A DNA stretch of 55,000 bases from Basidiobolus meristosporus CBS 931.73 (taxonomy: Eukaryota; Fungi; Basidiobolomycota): the NCBI GenBank assembly GCA_002104905.1, contig MCFE01000593.1, positions 1 to 55,000 on the forward strand, in the 5' to 3' direction. The notes beneath the pieces are model-generated. The model saw nothing but the letters and a program-made list of their open reading frames with translations, did no database searches and was not told the DNA's origin. Each line of letters begins with the position of its first letter. Position 1 is the first letter of the stretch. This document shows, one piece after another, positions 1-14,609 of this stretch. The translations under genes were made by a program, and so were the position numbers.

Positions 1-1500
1 TAGTGCAAACAGCCATTTTGTTGTTAGTAATTCTTCTTGGCTATGATGGAATTCAGTCTGTTCCACGCTTACAGCATCAATGGACAAAAATGGCAGCTTT
101 CTTCTTATGCTTCCCTGTTTCTGGCTTGAGTAGACTTGTTTCCCTTTACCTTTTCCTTTATCACTGCCAGGCCTTTCACTGCTACTTTGTCTGTGTGTCT
201 TTTGCATTGAATTGCATTTTCTCTTTAATAAATGCTGCTTTGATGCATCTATTCTGGCCTGCTTGTCCCTTGCTTGCACTTTGTGCGCAACCTGATTATT
301 CTTTCTCACTTGCTTTGAGCTCTCAGCCCATGCTGTGATAGGCTCCTGAGGTAACTGCTGGTTTTGTCACTGCCTGATTCTTCACTGCTACTTTGACTGA
401 GGGCTTCTTGAGTGGAATCACGCTTTTTCCTTGACATATGTTGTGCTGGTGCATCTGTGTTTCCCTGCTGTTCTCTTATTGACATTCTTTCAGCTCCCTA
501 ATGTCTCTTGGAAGCTTGTTTCAAGCGTTTGGCCCCTCTTGTAATATGCACTTCAGGAAGCTGCTGGTTTTAACCACTACACCCCGGTTCTTGGGCCTTT
601 TATAGCTACTGACATTCTTGAAATACTTTCTCAGCATACCAATGCTGGCTCAAAATCTGTTTGCTGGTCTTAATCCAGGATAATGCTCCTGGAGCAAGTA
701 AAGTGCATTCTGCTTGGCCTTGAGTTCCTGGTGGTCCTGTGGAATACTGGTCTTAAGGTGTTGGCATGTCAGACTTCTAATGGCCTCTTGAGTATTGGCC
801 CACTCTTCATCATTGCACGCAACAGATTCATAGATCATCAATGTCTTTTGATTTTTAGGCTTTGGTATCAACAATACAGTTCTTCCTCATGAGCTGTGAT
901 ATATTTTCTGTGGGCTTTATCTTTGGGCATTGATGTAGTGCTTCAACAACTGCACAATGTTCCTCAGCTGTTACTTTGGGAATGGGATCATTCTTGGCTG
1001 TGATATTAAGCTACCTGAGCTCCTTCTTTCCAACAAAGATACTGCTTTCTCTACCTGGGATATTAATTGCTCTACATCTTTATCCATTCATCCTGTTTCT
1101 GAGCTATATACTGATTTCTCTGGGACATTGCATTCATTCTATCAGCCTCTGTATTAATTGCTTCATTAATGCTTTGGAATGAGCTGACAACATATTTGCA
1201 ATTATGGGTGGTGGTGATGTTATGACAGCCACTTGCTGGTCTTCCAGTGAAGGTACTGCTTTTGCTACATTCTTGTCTGCCTCAGCATTATGATTAGCTT
1301 GCAGCTTTGCAGAGACTCCCAATTGTCTACTTGACTGAGGGCCTGAGGAGTCTACATTACTACCTTCAGTGGGCATGCTGTACACAGGTTCTTTTTTGGC
1401 TGTAGCCCCAATTGTTGCACTGAATGTCAAATCAAGCTGTTGCCCAACTGTGCTTCTGCTGCTATCAGCAGTGGGGCTTGGTTGGAACTAGACAACTTTG
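1..1500 (-). pseudogene. Second ORF of the CACTA-like element (K/Q/S-rich, partly ordered segment ...LLQEHYPGL...WYAEKVF), head-to-head with the transposase; runs off the window start
   Basis: ORF pieces 1134..1430 and 650..874, plus an open minus frame over ~1-335. The N-terminal part recurs at 5384..5680 and 9148..9520, always next to the transposase 5' region. Confidence 0.5.
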
Positions 1501-2519
1501 CTTTATCTTTTGCAACATATATAGAAGTGAGTAAAACCAAAGGGGAAATGATGTCAGATATACATGTGTAGTGGTGCCACAACTTTATGTGTAATGCTTA
1601 CAATAGTAGCTCATCATTGAATCTTACATTCATGTAGGTGCAATGTCACAAATAGAAGACTGTCTTAAATTCAAATGAGTATTAACAAAATGTAGTATAA
1701 TGTCATTGCATTGTTGAGTATCAAACTGTTTGCCTCCTGGAGAAGACTGTATTGATTAAATGCTGGAAGAGAAAAGAAGAAGGACCATGTGGATACTGTA
1801 GCAAGCCTCTCAGCCATGAAGCATGCCAATAGCATTGGGAGTATCACAAGGATCATGGCAAATGTTTTACCACACAAGTAATATCTGACTATTCATCACT
1901 CACTTATGTACTAACAATATCTTGCCAGCCACTTGATACTACTATAATGACTCCTGGCTGTACTTGTCACCTTCTTCAAACTGAGTCAGGTGAGTTTGTG
2001 ACACCATTAGGCTCACCCCAGCCTTATAAATATGGCATGCAGAGTGATAGCACTGAAGAAGCAGGCTCACTAATAGTTTGTGAGCCTATCTCTACTAACA
2101 ACAATACCATGCATGAGCCTTGCAAAACCCCATTGTGCAATGAGACAACACCCATGGAAAGAAATCCAAGGATACTCTATGGAGTTGAGTCCGCCCAGTA
2201 ATCCATCTACCGGTAAATGATGCAATGTTGTGGCTAGAGAAGTGGCAAGTTTCCTCTAATATTAGTAATTGGGGCTTTGAGGATTTACTACTACTTCTTT
2301 CCAAAATCATCTCAGGATGCATATTACCACTTATATGATATAAATGGACAACAGTCATGCAGCTATCAACATATGACCCAGAAACCATCCTGGTACCAGA
2401 ATGTGTTAACAGTTGCAGGGCATTCACATCAGAATATGCCACCATTGCAAGGTGTTCAGCTGATCAGGAAGTCACCTGCATTAGGGGAAAGCTTTTTTCA
2501 CACTCTAGATATTTTCTGG

Positions 2520-3589
2520 TGTGGTGGTATATAGGTCCAAGGGAGAGATATGTCCAACACTTCTCAAGTGTTTTGTGTGTGGGGTGTTCACTGGGTGCAA
2601 TAACCTCTGGCAAAAGCTTGCTAGGAATACTTGGGTTCTGTCTCTAATCTAAGGTGAAGGGGAATAAAGCCACAAGCTTGTCAAGGGAAAACTATTGAGC
2701 TACAATCCCCAACTTAGTTGGCGTCTTAACAAAAGTATGTGCTGGGTTCAGCGTCCTTTGAGATGACAATGTACTAAAGCTTCCAAAGTCAAAACAACTG
2801 TAAACTCCACCAGCAGGGACTTGATAAGAATGCAGCAGTGGTCAATAGTTACAAAGACAGAAAAGTATCTTTGCCTGTACAAGAACAAACTTGGGAAAGA
2901 ATCAAATATAATAAAAGAAACCTACTCTGAGTATTCCTCACAAGTAGTGCCTCCAAGGTCAGTTGGCTGTCAGTGCGGTTTCCTGGGAGTGTCCTGTGGT
3001 CTGGGGTTGGAAGTTCAGGTAGCAGCAGGTAGCAGTGATCACACTAATCAACAAGTTGGTATATTGATAAAAGGGATGATGATTTATTGTAGAGGGATAG
3101 TCTCCCTTATATACTTTTCTCACTGGCTAAGTGATTACTAATCATGGTGTTCCAGAAGGTTCTGGATATCAATAGAAATCTTAATGACATCAGAATGACC
3201 AAAGAATGTTCTAAGTAGGTGCCGGAAGGTTCTAAGAGGCACAGAACGTACAACCAATCAGGAATCAGTATTCCAAAATCTGTGCAACATGGGATACCAT
3301 ATATGGTATGAAAATGGTGGGGATGGTGACACGGGTTGATCATGTGTCACGGGTACTGGCGCCGGCACTTGCCTAATATAGAAGTACTTGTAGCTAGTAA
3401 TCTTACATAAAGCAAGGGGTAACTTATGCAATAAGGTAAGCAGGTGTGATAGTCAACCGGCTTATGGGATAGTAATGATTGGGTAAGACAAATGGGATAA
3501 AGCTAAAATAAGTGTAGTAGAGATGTAGGGGAGTAGAAAATAAGGGAATGAGCACATCTGTCAGTGGGTGTCACTGTCACCCCACTACA
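2520..3589 (-). mobile_element. Solo LTR, Ty3/gypsy family C (1070 bp)
   Basis: Termini TGTGGTGG...CCACTACA; near-identical to 40338-41407. Flanks CTGG (2516-2519) / CCGG (3590-3593). Orientation taken from the PPT-linked copy at 28487. Confidence 0.9.
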
Positions 3590-5149
3590 CCGGTAATACC
3601 CCATCTAAAGAATCTTAAGCAGTCAGACAAATCTTGTGAAGACATGAAGCATTGCACTCAGTATCAATCAAGTGCAAACATATCCAACATATTTGGTGGC
3701 AAGTATTACAAACAGCCAAGAATCAAGGGCTACTTAGTAGGTATGTTGACCATGCCTTTGCCTTGGCACCTGATGGATTCTGATTAAATAGGTGCTCTAC
3801 CAGCAAATCCAGCTGGCCACTGATTCTCATCAGCCTGAATCTGCCGCCTATCTTGCAGTATCAGAGCAGAAATCTGATGGTGGTCTCACTGATTTTGGGG
3901 CCTAAATCACTGTCCAACCTGAATAGCTACCTATAGCCATTACTGGATGAATTTGCATGCTTTCCAGCAGAATAATGGTAAATGGCCATCATGTCAAAGA
4001 GCATTTTATTTTCTGAATTAGAGATACCCCAGCCATCTACAAGATAGCCAGCTTTACCGGGCACAATGGACAGTATTGTTGTCAAATGAGTGAGAACCAG
4101 GGGATTTACTCTATAACTCACACACATTATTATTACCCAAGCACCTACACTAAGAACATCATCCTCCTGCAGAGTGAACATACAGAAGTCAGCAAGTAAT
4201 TGCAGCAAAGTTGGCAAGCTTTAGGCCATTGGTTAAAATATAGAATTAATTGTAACCAGAAATACTTAAGATAGACAGCATCTGTTGGAGTAAAAGCTTT
4301 CCACTGGGAGAAATGCATTGGGCTTCAACAATATACCTATACTGATGACCAAATTAAATATGGGGCATGTCAAGGTAAATGCGCCCATCATGATACCATA
4401 GAAATCTGAAAGAATGGCAAGATATTACAGAGTATCTGCTACCCCTAGTACTTTGCACAGGCTCCAATCAACATTTATATGCATATGCAACAATACAAGT
4501 ACAAGGACTGGATGAACTAGATATGTATTAACTCAAATGGCCTTCTGAAGCCATTTCTACCATGAATATATATGGAGCATTGCAAGTTATATGAGGACTT
4601 TGTAGGAGTATTTAATCAAAACTGATAAGCAATGCCAACTTGACGCATCTACAGCTTTTGTGCAAGGAGCTTGTGACGCATTTTAAGCAGCTATAATACT
4701 AATATAAGCATAGAAAAGTATATACCATTTGGTAAATTGGTATGGTTGTATTATATAGAACTAGCAGCAGGCTGCCATACTGACATGATAATACCATTAG
4801 AGGATTGCAATGATACCGTCAAAACACAGTCAGATTTTTTGCCATTTATGGCAGTTGGATGTACTGGTTGGTTAGATCCACTGAAATAGATGCAGAGTAC
4901 ACAAAGACTGCAACAATGCCATGCCTACCCAGGCAAAACACTACCCAAACACTGTTAAGTCTTGTTGCTGTATTTGGGATTAAAATAAGCCAAACACCGT
5001 CATTATTCATTATATGATTGTGTAGAGGGTCCTTGATTCCAAGCTGTTGATATTATAACAGTCTCCTGATGGGATCCTGACAACTGATCTAGATTGGATC
5101 CACCCATTGGACCATATTATTTTTCATAGGGTTCCCTCATGGTGTTGAA

Positions 5150-5640
5150 TCAAATTAGTCTTCTCCATGAGGCAAACAAATTGACACCCAACAATATAAA
5201 AATATGAAATCATTTGTTGTCAATACTTGTGTGAATTTTAGAGTCTTGTATTTGAGACATTGCACCTGTATGTAAGATTCAATGATGACCTGCCATAGTA
5301 AATACCATAAATAAAGATGTAACAATGCATACATATTTATATGTAGCATTATTTCCTCTTTGGCTTAACTCACTTCCATATATATGCAGCCAAAAAATAT
5401 AGCAAAGCCATCTGGCTCCCATCCAAGCCCTACTGTTGACAGCAGCAGAAACATAATTGGAGAGCAGCTTGCTTTGACATTCAGTACAACAAGCAGGGCT
5501 ACATCCAAGAATGGCCATCTTGACAGTGGGCCTACTAAAGGTAATAATGTTGACTTGTTGGCCTCTCAGCCAAATACACAACTGAGAATCTCTATTGTAA
5601 TGCAAGCTGACCATAATGCCCAGGTAGAAGAGAGTGTATC
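5150..5640 (-). mobile_element. Inverted fragment of the CACTA-like element (intergenic spacer plus start of ORF2)
   Basis: Reverse-complement similarity to ~1280-1760 and direct similarity to ~8900-9400; ORF 5384..5680 aligns with 9148..9597. Confidence 0.65.
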
Positions 5641-8600
5641 ATATGTTCTTATTTATTACTCCCCAGGTTTACTTGGATAGATCTAGATACAACTGTATTT
5701 GGTGTTGCATTGTATTCATGAGAACCTTTGTTGTTGAAATTCTTGATATTAGGGAAAAGTTCTACTTGGTATGTTCAATATTCGCTATGAAAATGAACTT
5801 GGTCCCACAGGTAGATTCAATCTAAACCAGCCATCAAGATCCTGTCAGGAGACCACTTTAATAATGGCAGCTTGGAATTAATAACCATCTACACAATCTT
5901 ATGATGGGATCACCAGGGCATTTTGCTAGTTGTACAGCCAAATAAAGTTGAAGAATATATCAGTGTTTGTAAAGTTTCTTACCAAGGGTGGCATGGCATA
6001 GCTGTAGTCTCAGTGCGCTAAACAACTACTTGGGGGAATCTAACTGGCCAGTACATATGATTGCCTTAAATGGCAAACACCTGACGGTTTTTTGACAGCC
6101 TCATTGCAAGCTTCTGATGGCATTATCATGGCAGTGTGGCGGCCTACACATAATTCTGTATAATGCTACTTTACTAAACAATATTTCCTTTTCCTACCTC
6201 CCCTTGCACAAGTCATATATACCAATGTTGCATAACCTCCCTTTATTTCCTACCCACCACTACCTTGGGTATTCTAGATATAGCGTGAATCAAAAAATAC
6301 TGTGGCCTCCAGCTGATCAACCTCTGCACACATGAACACCTGCTGCAATTGACATACTTCTATGACATCAGTTTTACAGCTTTTTGATGTGCTGCTTACA
6401 AAGTTACCATGTACTGTTTGTTGCCAGTAATATATACATCCTGCAAATGTATGCTTGGTTGCTGCTACTCCTGCCACAAATAACCTGTAATATATGCAAA
6501 GAACTTTTTGGTACTTATCCAAAATGTTCTTTCTCCCTGCCGGATTCTAGTCCCACTTATAGGTGGGTTCTGGCTCTTGTTTGTGTGGATTCAGTAGTGA
6601 ATAATGTAGAAATTGGCTTGTGACCAAGAGAAATCTGGCATACCTTGGTAGAGTTTTCCTAACAAAAATTAGTTGCATATTGCACCCAACTCAACTTTGC
6701 ATAGCTTAACTAATTACCCATATGTTGAGGCTGCTTAGCCTCTTAATGCCATAGGCATGGGTGTCTCCATGTGTGCATCTGTCCTCAGTATTCTCCAACT
6801 CTTCCTGGCTGTACTTCATGTGCCATTTCATGACATCCAGGACGGACTTGAAGGTAACGTTCTTGATGAGATTGGGATATGGTAGCACCTGCAACTTGAC
6901 TTGTCCTCCTATCTCCACATACATCTGTTCCATAAAAACTCCCAATAGGTGAAGCAAGGTCCAATACTTCCTCATACCAAGCAAGATGGAGTAGCAATTG
7001 GATACTCTAGCAGCAAAGATCTGTGCATTGAGCTTTAGATTTGCAGTATTACTGCTCAAAACCTGTCACAAATGGTTTGTACAAAAGCTTTAGATGCATC
7101 AAGCTGGCATTGGTGATCCACTTCTGGGTAAATATTCCTACAATGTCCACATATGACACCTAATGCTTCCAATGTACTCTTGGCAGCAATGGCTTCAGGG
7201 GGCTACCTGAAGAAGTACATATCCAGTTTAACAAGTGCTTGCACTTGTATTAATATATATGTATTTGAATGTTGATTGAAGCTCATGAGATTTACTTTGG
7301 GTAGCAGATACTCTGTAATATCTTGGCTATACTTTCATATTTCTCCAGTATCTCAAAGGGCTCATTTAACTTGTGATGCACCATGTATAATTTGGTATTC
7401 AGTATATGGATATTGTTGACAAGCAAATCTATTCCTCCCAGTGGAAAGCTTTTGCCCCAACAGATACCCTCTATATTAAGTATCTTTAGTTTCCAATCAA
7501 TTCCATATTTTGGTCAATGGCTTAGTACTTGCAAACTTTGCTGCAATTGCATGCTGACTTCAGGATGATCTTGCCATGCAGAGATTATGTTCCTAATGCT
7601 TATGTTGGGGTAATAATGATGTGTGTGAGTGTTGGAGTAAGTCATCTGGCTCCCACACATTTTACAGCAATACTGTTCATTGTGACCAGAATAGTTAGCT
7701 ATCTTGCTAATGGCTTGGGTATCTCTAATGCATATGATAGTACATGTTTTGACCTGACTGCTATTTATTGTAATTCCGCTGGAAAGCATACAAAATTCCT
7801 CCTGCAATGGATACAGATAGCTCTCCAGATTGAACAGTGGTTTAGGCCTGCATGCCAGGGATACCATCATCAGATTCCTGCTATGGTACCCTAAGGTAGG
7901 CATCAGGTTCAGGTTAATGAGAGTTAGTGGCCAGCAGGATTTGCTAGTTGATTACTTGTTTAATAAGAACTCATCAAGTGCCAAGGCAAAGACATGGTCA
8001 TACATACCTTCAAAGTGGCCCTTGCTACTTGGCTGTATGTAATGTTTGCCATCAACTACATTGAGTATTTTTGCACTTCATTGATACTGAGTGCAGTACT
8101 TTATAGCTTCACAATATTTGTTAAACTGCCTGAGCTTCTGTAGATGGGGTATATCCAAATATATCTGGAGTGTGAGCAATGTTTTCCCCCATGGTGGTGA
8201 AACCCTGACAAGTTGGACACCTTGCAGTGGTGGCATTCCTGATGTGAATATCCTCCAACTGTTCACACCTGCTGGTACCAGGATGGTCTCTGCGTCCTGT
8301 GCTGCCAGCCACATGACAGTTTTTCATCTACACTATGTACATTGTAGGATGCATCCGGGGATGATTTTGGCAAGGATTAGTAAATCTTTAAAGCCCCCAT
8401 TTTGATATTACAGGCAACATGCCAGTACTCTTGCCACAACTTCATATCATTCACCAGTAGATGAATTTCTGGGCTCACATTATTTCATTCAGTATCCTTG
8501 GCATTTTTTTTAAAGGTGTTGTCTCATTACATAATGGGATTTTGCCAGGCTCAAGCAGGGTACTGTTGTTAGGGAAGATAGGCATACAATGCACCAATGA

Positions 8601-9520
8601 GCCTGTTTCTTAGGAGCTATTACACTGTGTGCAATATTTAGAAGGTTGGGGTGAGCCTGATGGTGTCACAAGCTCACCTGACTAAGTTTGCCCAAGGTGC
8701 CAAGTATGGCAAGGTGCAGTTATTAAAGTATTGTGTGGCTGCCAAGATATTGTTGCTGCAGTAGTAAATGGTGAATGGTTAAATTTGTGTAGCAAAACCC
8801 TGGCTATGAACCTTGTAGTACTTCCTATGCTGTCTGTGTGCTCCATGGCAGAGAGGCTTGCTACCATAGCCATATGGTCTTTTTTTGCTTTTCTTGCAGC
8901 ATTGAATCATAGCAGTCTTGTTCATGGGGCAAACAGTTTGACCATCAACAATGTAACACTACTACATCACTTCTTGGTCAATATTCACATGAGTTCAAGG
9001 CTGTCTTGTATTTGAGACATTGTACCTACAGGAATGTAAGACTCAATGATCACCTACCATGGTAAGCATTATAAATAAAGTTGCGGCGCCACATACACAT
9101 GTATATGTAACACCACTTCCCCCTTGGTTTGACTCACATACATATATATGCTGCCAGAAATTGAAGCAAAGTTGTCTGGTTCCCAATCAAACCCCACTGC
9201 TGTGAGCAGTAAAAGAACAGTTGGACAACAGCTTGCTTTGACATTCAGTGCAACAAGCAGGACTACATCCAAAAAAGGCCCTGTGAACAGTGTTCCCACT
9301 GAAGGTAATAATGGGGACTCCTCAGGCTTTGAAGCAAGTAGGCAATTGGGAGTCTCTGCAGAGCCACAAGCTGGCCATACTGCGGAGACAAATGAGACTG
9401 TAGCAAAAGCAGTACTTCTAGTTGAAGACCAGCAAGTGGCCATCATAACCTCACCACCACCTGTATTAGCAAGTATATTGTTAGCTCATATAGAACAGCT
9501 ATTGAGGCATTCAGGTGTAG
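5640..9520 (-). mobile_element. Degenerate CACTA/CMC-EnSpm-like transposon copy (transposase on -, ORF2 start on + at 9148)
   Basis: ORF 7514..7903 has ESYLYPLQEEF..L.SG...DTQAISKIANYSGHN..YCCKMC (Tnp2-like 'yL.PLv.EL..L..G...D.pA..k..gh...C..C'). Region ~6880-7000 gives, across frameshifts, LLLHLA / GPCFTYWEF / MEQMYVEIGGQVK..PYPNL (DUF4218-like 'H.LlHL..GP..yW.F.mER..G'). Confidence 0.7.
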
Positions 9521-9542
9521 TTGCTGACAGGATTGATGCAAA

Positions 9543-10440
9543 TGTTGTAAGAGTCCTGGAAATATTGGAAGATTGGGAGAACAAGTCAATCTTGTAATTT
9601 TCACAAATGATTTATCAAATGTAAAAGTAGTATTTATGCATTGACATGTTTCTGGCATAACAAGAACATAGAATAGGTTATGGAAGGTATCAAGAACATG
9701 TGTGCAAAGTTTGAGGCTGTTTGATCAATTTTGAGAATTTTCATGTTTTTGGTACCAAATATTTTGGTGAAAATATTCTAGGTATATCCCAACAAGGATT
9801 TTGGTCAGTATTGTCCAGAATTTGGAGGTAATTGTCTAAGTGGCTTAGAAAGGTTTGTATTTAAGTGGAATTGCAAACTTTTAAAACTCTCCCACTCAGC
9901 TAATTGCTCATACTGACTAGTCCTAATTTTGACCAAAATATTCAAGATTGTCTCTATGTAATGGCTTGGTAAAAATGTCTACAATCATTGCAATGGTAGG
10001 ACAATAAACTAAGCTAACTGAGTTACTTTTTAAAGCTTCACATATGAAATGATGTCTATATCCATGTGCTTAGTTCTAGCACAAACAGTAGGATTTCTCC
10101 CTCATTATAGACATCCTTGTATTATCTTGAAATAAAGTAATTGGCATGCTTCAACATAAGCCTAAATCCATAAAAAGCTTTCTTAACCATATTACTTCTT
10201 TTGTAGCTTCACAGGCTGCCATATACTTTGCCTCTGTGGTAGAAAGTGCTATGGTTGGTTGCTTTCTTGAATTCCATGAATTGCTCCTATACAGTAAAGA
10301 AAGGAGTATCTGGTGGTGGATCTTTTGTCTTTGAAATTTTGTCCCCAATCAGCATTGGAGAATCTCAACACATTCTGATCCAAATCCTAACAAGTGTATA
10401 TTAAGTAGATATAAGCAGTTCCTTTCCAATATCTAAAAAT
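9543..10440 (-). mobile_element. 3' fragment of copia family A (3' LTR 9543-~9888, PPT, RNase H/RT end)
   Basis: Reverse complement of the family A LTR; CTCCCACTCAGC is the reverse complement of the PPT; ORF 10151..10348 has ALSTTEAKYMAACEATKEVIWLRKLF. Confidence 0.85.
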
Positions 10441-11522
10441 CCACTCAACTGCTGCAATATGATCTTATCCATGGTTGTCTTAAAACTAGACTTTCTTGAA
10501 TTCACATGAGTATTGAACAAAAAGTGATATAATTGCATTACGTTGTAGAAGGCTAATCTATTTGCCCCATGGACAAGACTACCTTGATTCAATGCTATAA
10601 GAGAAGAGATACAAGACCATGTGGCTATTGTAGCAAGCCTCTCAGCCATCAAGCATACAGAGAGCATAGGAAGTATTACAAGGAGCATGGCCAGTGTTTT
10701 GCCACACAAGTCATATTTGAACATTCATTGTTCACTACACTACCAACATTATCATGCTGGACTGTTGATACTTCTACATTGGCACCTGGCTGTCTTCATC
10801 ACTTTGCCCAAACTGATTTTGGTGAGTCTGTGACACCATTAGGCTCACCTCAGCCTTCTGAATAGAGCACGCAGAGTGAGAGCTATGACAAAGAAGGTTT
10901 GCTGATGGATAGCTAGTCTATCTCTCCTAACAACAGTACCGTGCATGAGCCTGATCAAATCCTAATATGCAAAGATACAACACCCATTGAAATACATGCC
11001 AAGGATACTTTCTAGAGCCAAGTGAGCCCAGTAATGCATCCACTGGTGAATGATGCAATGCTGTGGCTACAGAAGTAGGGCATATTCACCAATATCAGGA
11101 CGGTGGGCTTCAAGAATTTATTACTACTTCTTGCCAAAATCACTCTGGGATGCAACTTGTCATGTACATGGTATTAGTGGACAACCATCATGCAGCCAGC
11201 AACATACAACCCAGAGACTGTCCCAATTCCAGCATGTATTAACAGTTGCATGGCATTCACATCCCAAAATACTACTATTGCAGTGTACTCAAATTTTTAG
11301 GAATCCACCACCATTGAGGGAAAACATTGTTCATACTCCAGATTTATCCCGGTAATACCCTGTCAAAGACACTTATGCAGTCTAACAAATATTGAAAGCT
11401 ATCCTGTACCACACGCAATATCAATCAAGCGCAAGCATATCCAAAGTATTTGACAGCAAACATCATAAACAGCCAAGAAGCAAGGGCTATGTTGAAGGTA
11501 TGTATGACCATGCCTTTGCCTT
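10440..11522 (+). mobile_element. 5' fragment of CACTA-like transposase, cut by copia-B
   Basis: ORF 10569..10865 has PCGYCSKPLSHQAYREH. Collinear with 1650-2519 plus 3590-3760, and contains the uninterrupted CCGG (11349-11352) at the position where copy 1 carries the LTR-C. Confidence 0.75.
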
Positions 11523-14500
11523 TGTAAAAAACTGAACTATTTGGTATCAATGAACAACTAGAAACTTACTTGGCAATTCTAGACTAGTCTTGGTCACTAT
11601 AAAAGTTGTTTACAGCCCCAGCTTTGCCAGTTTCTTCACATCTATGATCCTATGATTATTCCCCTATAGTGAAGTTCATATTAGCACTTTTTACCAAACA
11701 TTATGTAGTAACCCTGAAACTGTTACAGAACGCTCCTGAATGTTAAGAAACCCTCTTTAATTGGTGTTACAGCTGCATTACTTCTACAAAGGTATATATG
11801 CTGACCCTCTTTATGAATAAACCCCAGCTTAGCTATTATCACTATATCTTGATAGATTCCTTTTATGCAAATCACTTCTCAAATGGGCAGGTTTAAGCCC
11901 TCATTGCCTTAGCCTATTCTAAAGATGACTTCTACCAGCAAACAGAACAATACAAATATCTTACTGTAAAGGAGAGGTTTGATAGGAAGAACTGCAGACT
12001 TTAGAGAATAAAGATGCAAATCCACTTTGAGAAAATAATGCTTTAGAATATAGAAATAGGAAATGAAGTTGAGCCCAAAGGAACAGTAAAAGAAGTGGAG
12101 AAGCTACAAGAGAAGCAGAGAAAGGCCTTTGGTGCTATATGTATCAATGTGCAAGATTCCTTCATTGGACAAATCCATGCTTCAAATACTGCCAAAACAG
12201 CATGGAAATCCTTAGAAAAAATATTTAGAGCAAAGTCAGTATCAGGCATGCTTTATATGAAACAATAGCTCTTTGACATCAGGATGAAGTCGTATGATAA
12301 CATGCTATAACTCATCACTAGAATGGAGACACTTGCAGATGAACTTTACAGTATTAATGCCAGAGCAGATGATGACAATAAAATACTCTGTCTGCTTTGC
12401 AGCCTACCAGATGAGTATGAGCCACTCATGCTTTCTTTTATGTGCAGAGAAGGCAACTTGGCTTAAGACTTTGTCAAAAGAAGACTTCACCATGATGAAC
12501 TCAGACATAATGATCAAGCAGAGAAAATTGAAGGCATTCCTTTATTCAGCTCAGAATGGTGCACAGAAAAGAAGGGAAAGCAACAAAACCAAAGAAAAAC
12601 TGGTTGCTGTAAATACTGTAAGAAGCCACAACACTGGGCACAGAATGCAAGTAGAAACAAGCAGACAAAATACAGCAACGGGAGTAGGCAAACAATGTAA
12701 CAACTGAAGAACAGCTTTTTGTAACTCTATAAGCAAGTGCAAGTAACCAAAGTAATGAATGGCATATTGACTCTGGAGCATCACAGCATGTTTCTGGTAT
12801 AAGGGAGTGGGTCAGCAATGTAAAGACTATTCCCATCAGAAAGGTTTATCTTGGAGACAACTCTGCACTGGAAGCCATCACCAGTGAGTCTACTCTACTA
12901 AATATGAGTAATATCTCAGGGAATACAGCAGCAAAACTGACTGACTTACTCTACATACCTGGAATAGCTAAGAAAATACTCTCAGTCAGTAAAGCAACTG
13001 CTCAGGGACTGAAATTTGTTTTTACTAAACCAAACTGCTCAATATTGAGTGAAAGCAACAAAGATTAGCGTTGGGAATCAGAGATCATAATCTATACAGG
13101 TTACAATGCAAAATCATTGTACCTGAGTATGCCAACATTGCTGAAGCTGATGAAACTAACTGGGAGACATGGCATGGGAGGCTAGGACACATTGGGGAAC
13201 AGAAAATGAGCCAATTGGTGAAAAATGATCTTGTTTTAGTCCTAAGTTACTCAAGTTTAGTGTCTGTAAGGGATGTTAACATGGCAAAAAAGCTAGGCAA
13301 TGCTTCAAGAGCTTAGGAGGCATTGACACCACCAAAATACTGGCTATTGTCCACTCAGACATATATGGGTACATGAGAGTGCAGTTATTTGGAGCCAAGA
13401 GCCATGTTATGATGTTGATTGATGACAAGACAAGATATAAATGGGTGTCTTCCTCAAGACAAAGAATGAGGCTTTGGAGATCTTTATGTATCTCAAGAAC
13501 ATGGCAAAAACACAGAAAGGGTGTAAATTGAAGGTACTTTGAAGTGACAATGGAGGGACATACTGCTCAAAGGATTTTGCAAAATACTGCTCATCTACAT
13601 GTATACTTGAACAGGCCACTGGACCACATACTCCACAGCAAAATGGAGTAGTAGAACATGCATATTGAGCAATAGTAGAGATGGGAAGATCTATGATAAA
13701 TGATAAGGGAGTGGACTACTAAGGTTTGGGCTGAATCTGTTACTACCACTGTATATATCACAAATAGATGCCCAACAACATTACTGCAGATTCTACATCC
13801 TTTGACTTATATACAGGCAAAGAACCAGACCTCCAGCACCTCAGGATCTTTGGCAGTGGTGCTTTTTATCACATTTCTGACAAAAAATGCTCAGAGCTGG
13901 AAGCAAAGAGTAGAAAAGGGATCTTTTGAGGATATTGTGTTGATACTAAAGGGTATAGAGTGTATGATGGCAAGTTTCAGAAGCTGATCAAGAGCAGGGA
14001 TGTTGGGATAGAGGAGAACTCAGATCAGAAAGTCACAGGAATCATTGGCCAGCTGCCTGATGATGCAATCAACACTAATAAAGAAGATACATATATGTGG
14101 GTCAACAAGACTAAGATAACCTCACAAGGCACCATTTATAAGTACAAGGTTAGATTGGTGACTAAAGGCAACTCCCAGATCCAGGGACTAGACTTAAACA
14201 AAACAATTGCTCCAGTTGCCAAGTTCAACACCATTAGGGCAGTTCTAGCCCTGGCAGCTGTACACAGACTAGATTAACACCAAATAGAAGTCAAAAAAGC
14301 CTTTCTAAATAGGGATTGACTAGAGACTTTATATATGGAGCAACTAGAAAGTATTGCAGATCTAAAAGGCTCCCATTAGGTGTGCAGACCCAAGAAATAG
14401 CTTTATGGGCTTAACCAGGCACCTAGAGCTTGGTATAACAAGATTAACACATATCTAGAGGAGATTGGGCTCATTTGTAGCTCTGCAGATCATAGTATAA

Positions 14501-14609
14501 GTGCAAATCAGCTCAAAAATGGTATGATCATCCTTGTTCTTTATGTGGACAGCCTAACAATAGCTACAAGTGACCAGGAAGCTCTTAAACAGAGAAAATC
14601 AGATCTTTT

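Larger units (their letters stand above)
1..5150 (+). mobile_element. Degenerate CACTA/CMC-EnSpm-like DNA transposon copy 1 (transposase on +, ~1745-2519 and 3590-~5030; divergent second ORF on -), interrupted by a solo LTR
   Basis: Homologous (opposite strand) to the 5640-9520 copy that carries the recognisable Tnp2/DUF4218-like motifs, and to the Cys/His-rich N-terminus at 10569. Many stops and frameshifts. Termini/TIRs not found; boundaries approximate. Confidence 0.65.

Noticed and set aside
2821-3141. Recurrent ORFs inside LTRs (2821, 40639, 28984; also the MKNSQSCP ORFs at 14753 and 19089)
   Set aside because: They recur only because the LTRs are repeated; no recognisable protein features.
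5630-5640. AGAGTG as a reverse CACTC terminus of the CACTA element
   Set aside because: It aligns with ORF2 coding sequence in other copies; no matching TIR or TSD was found.
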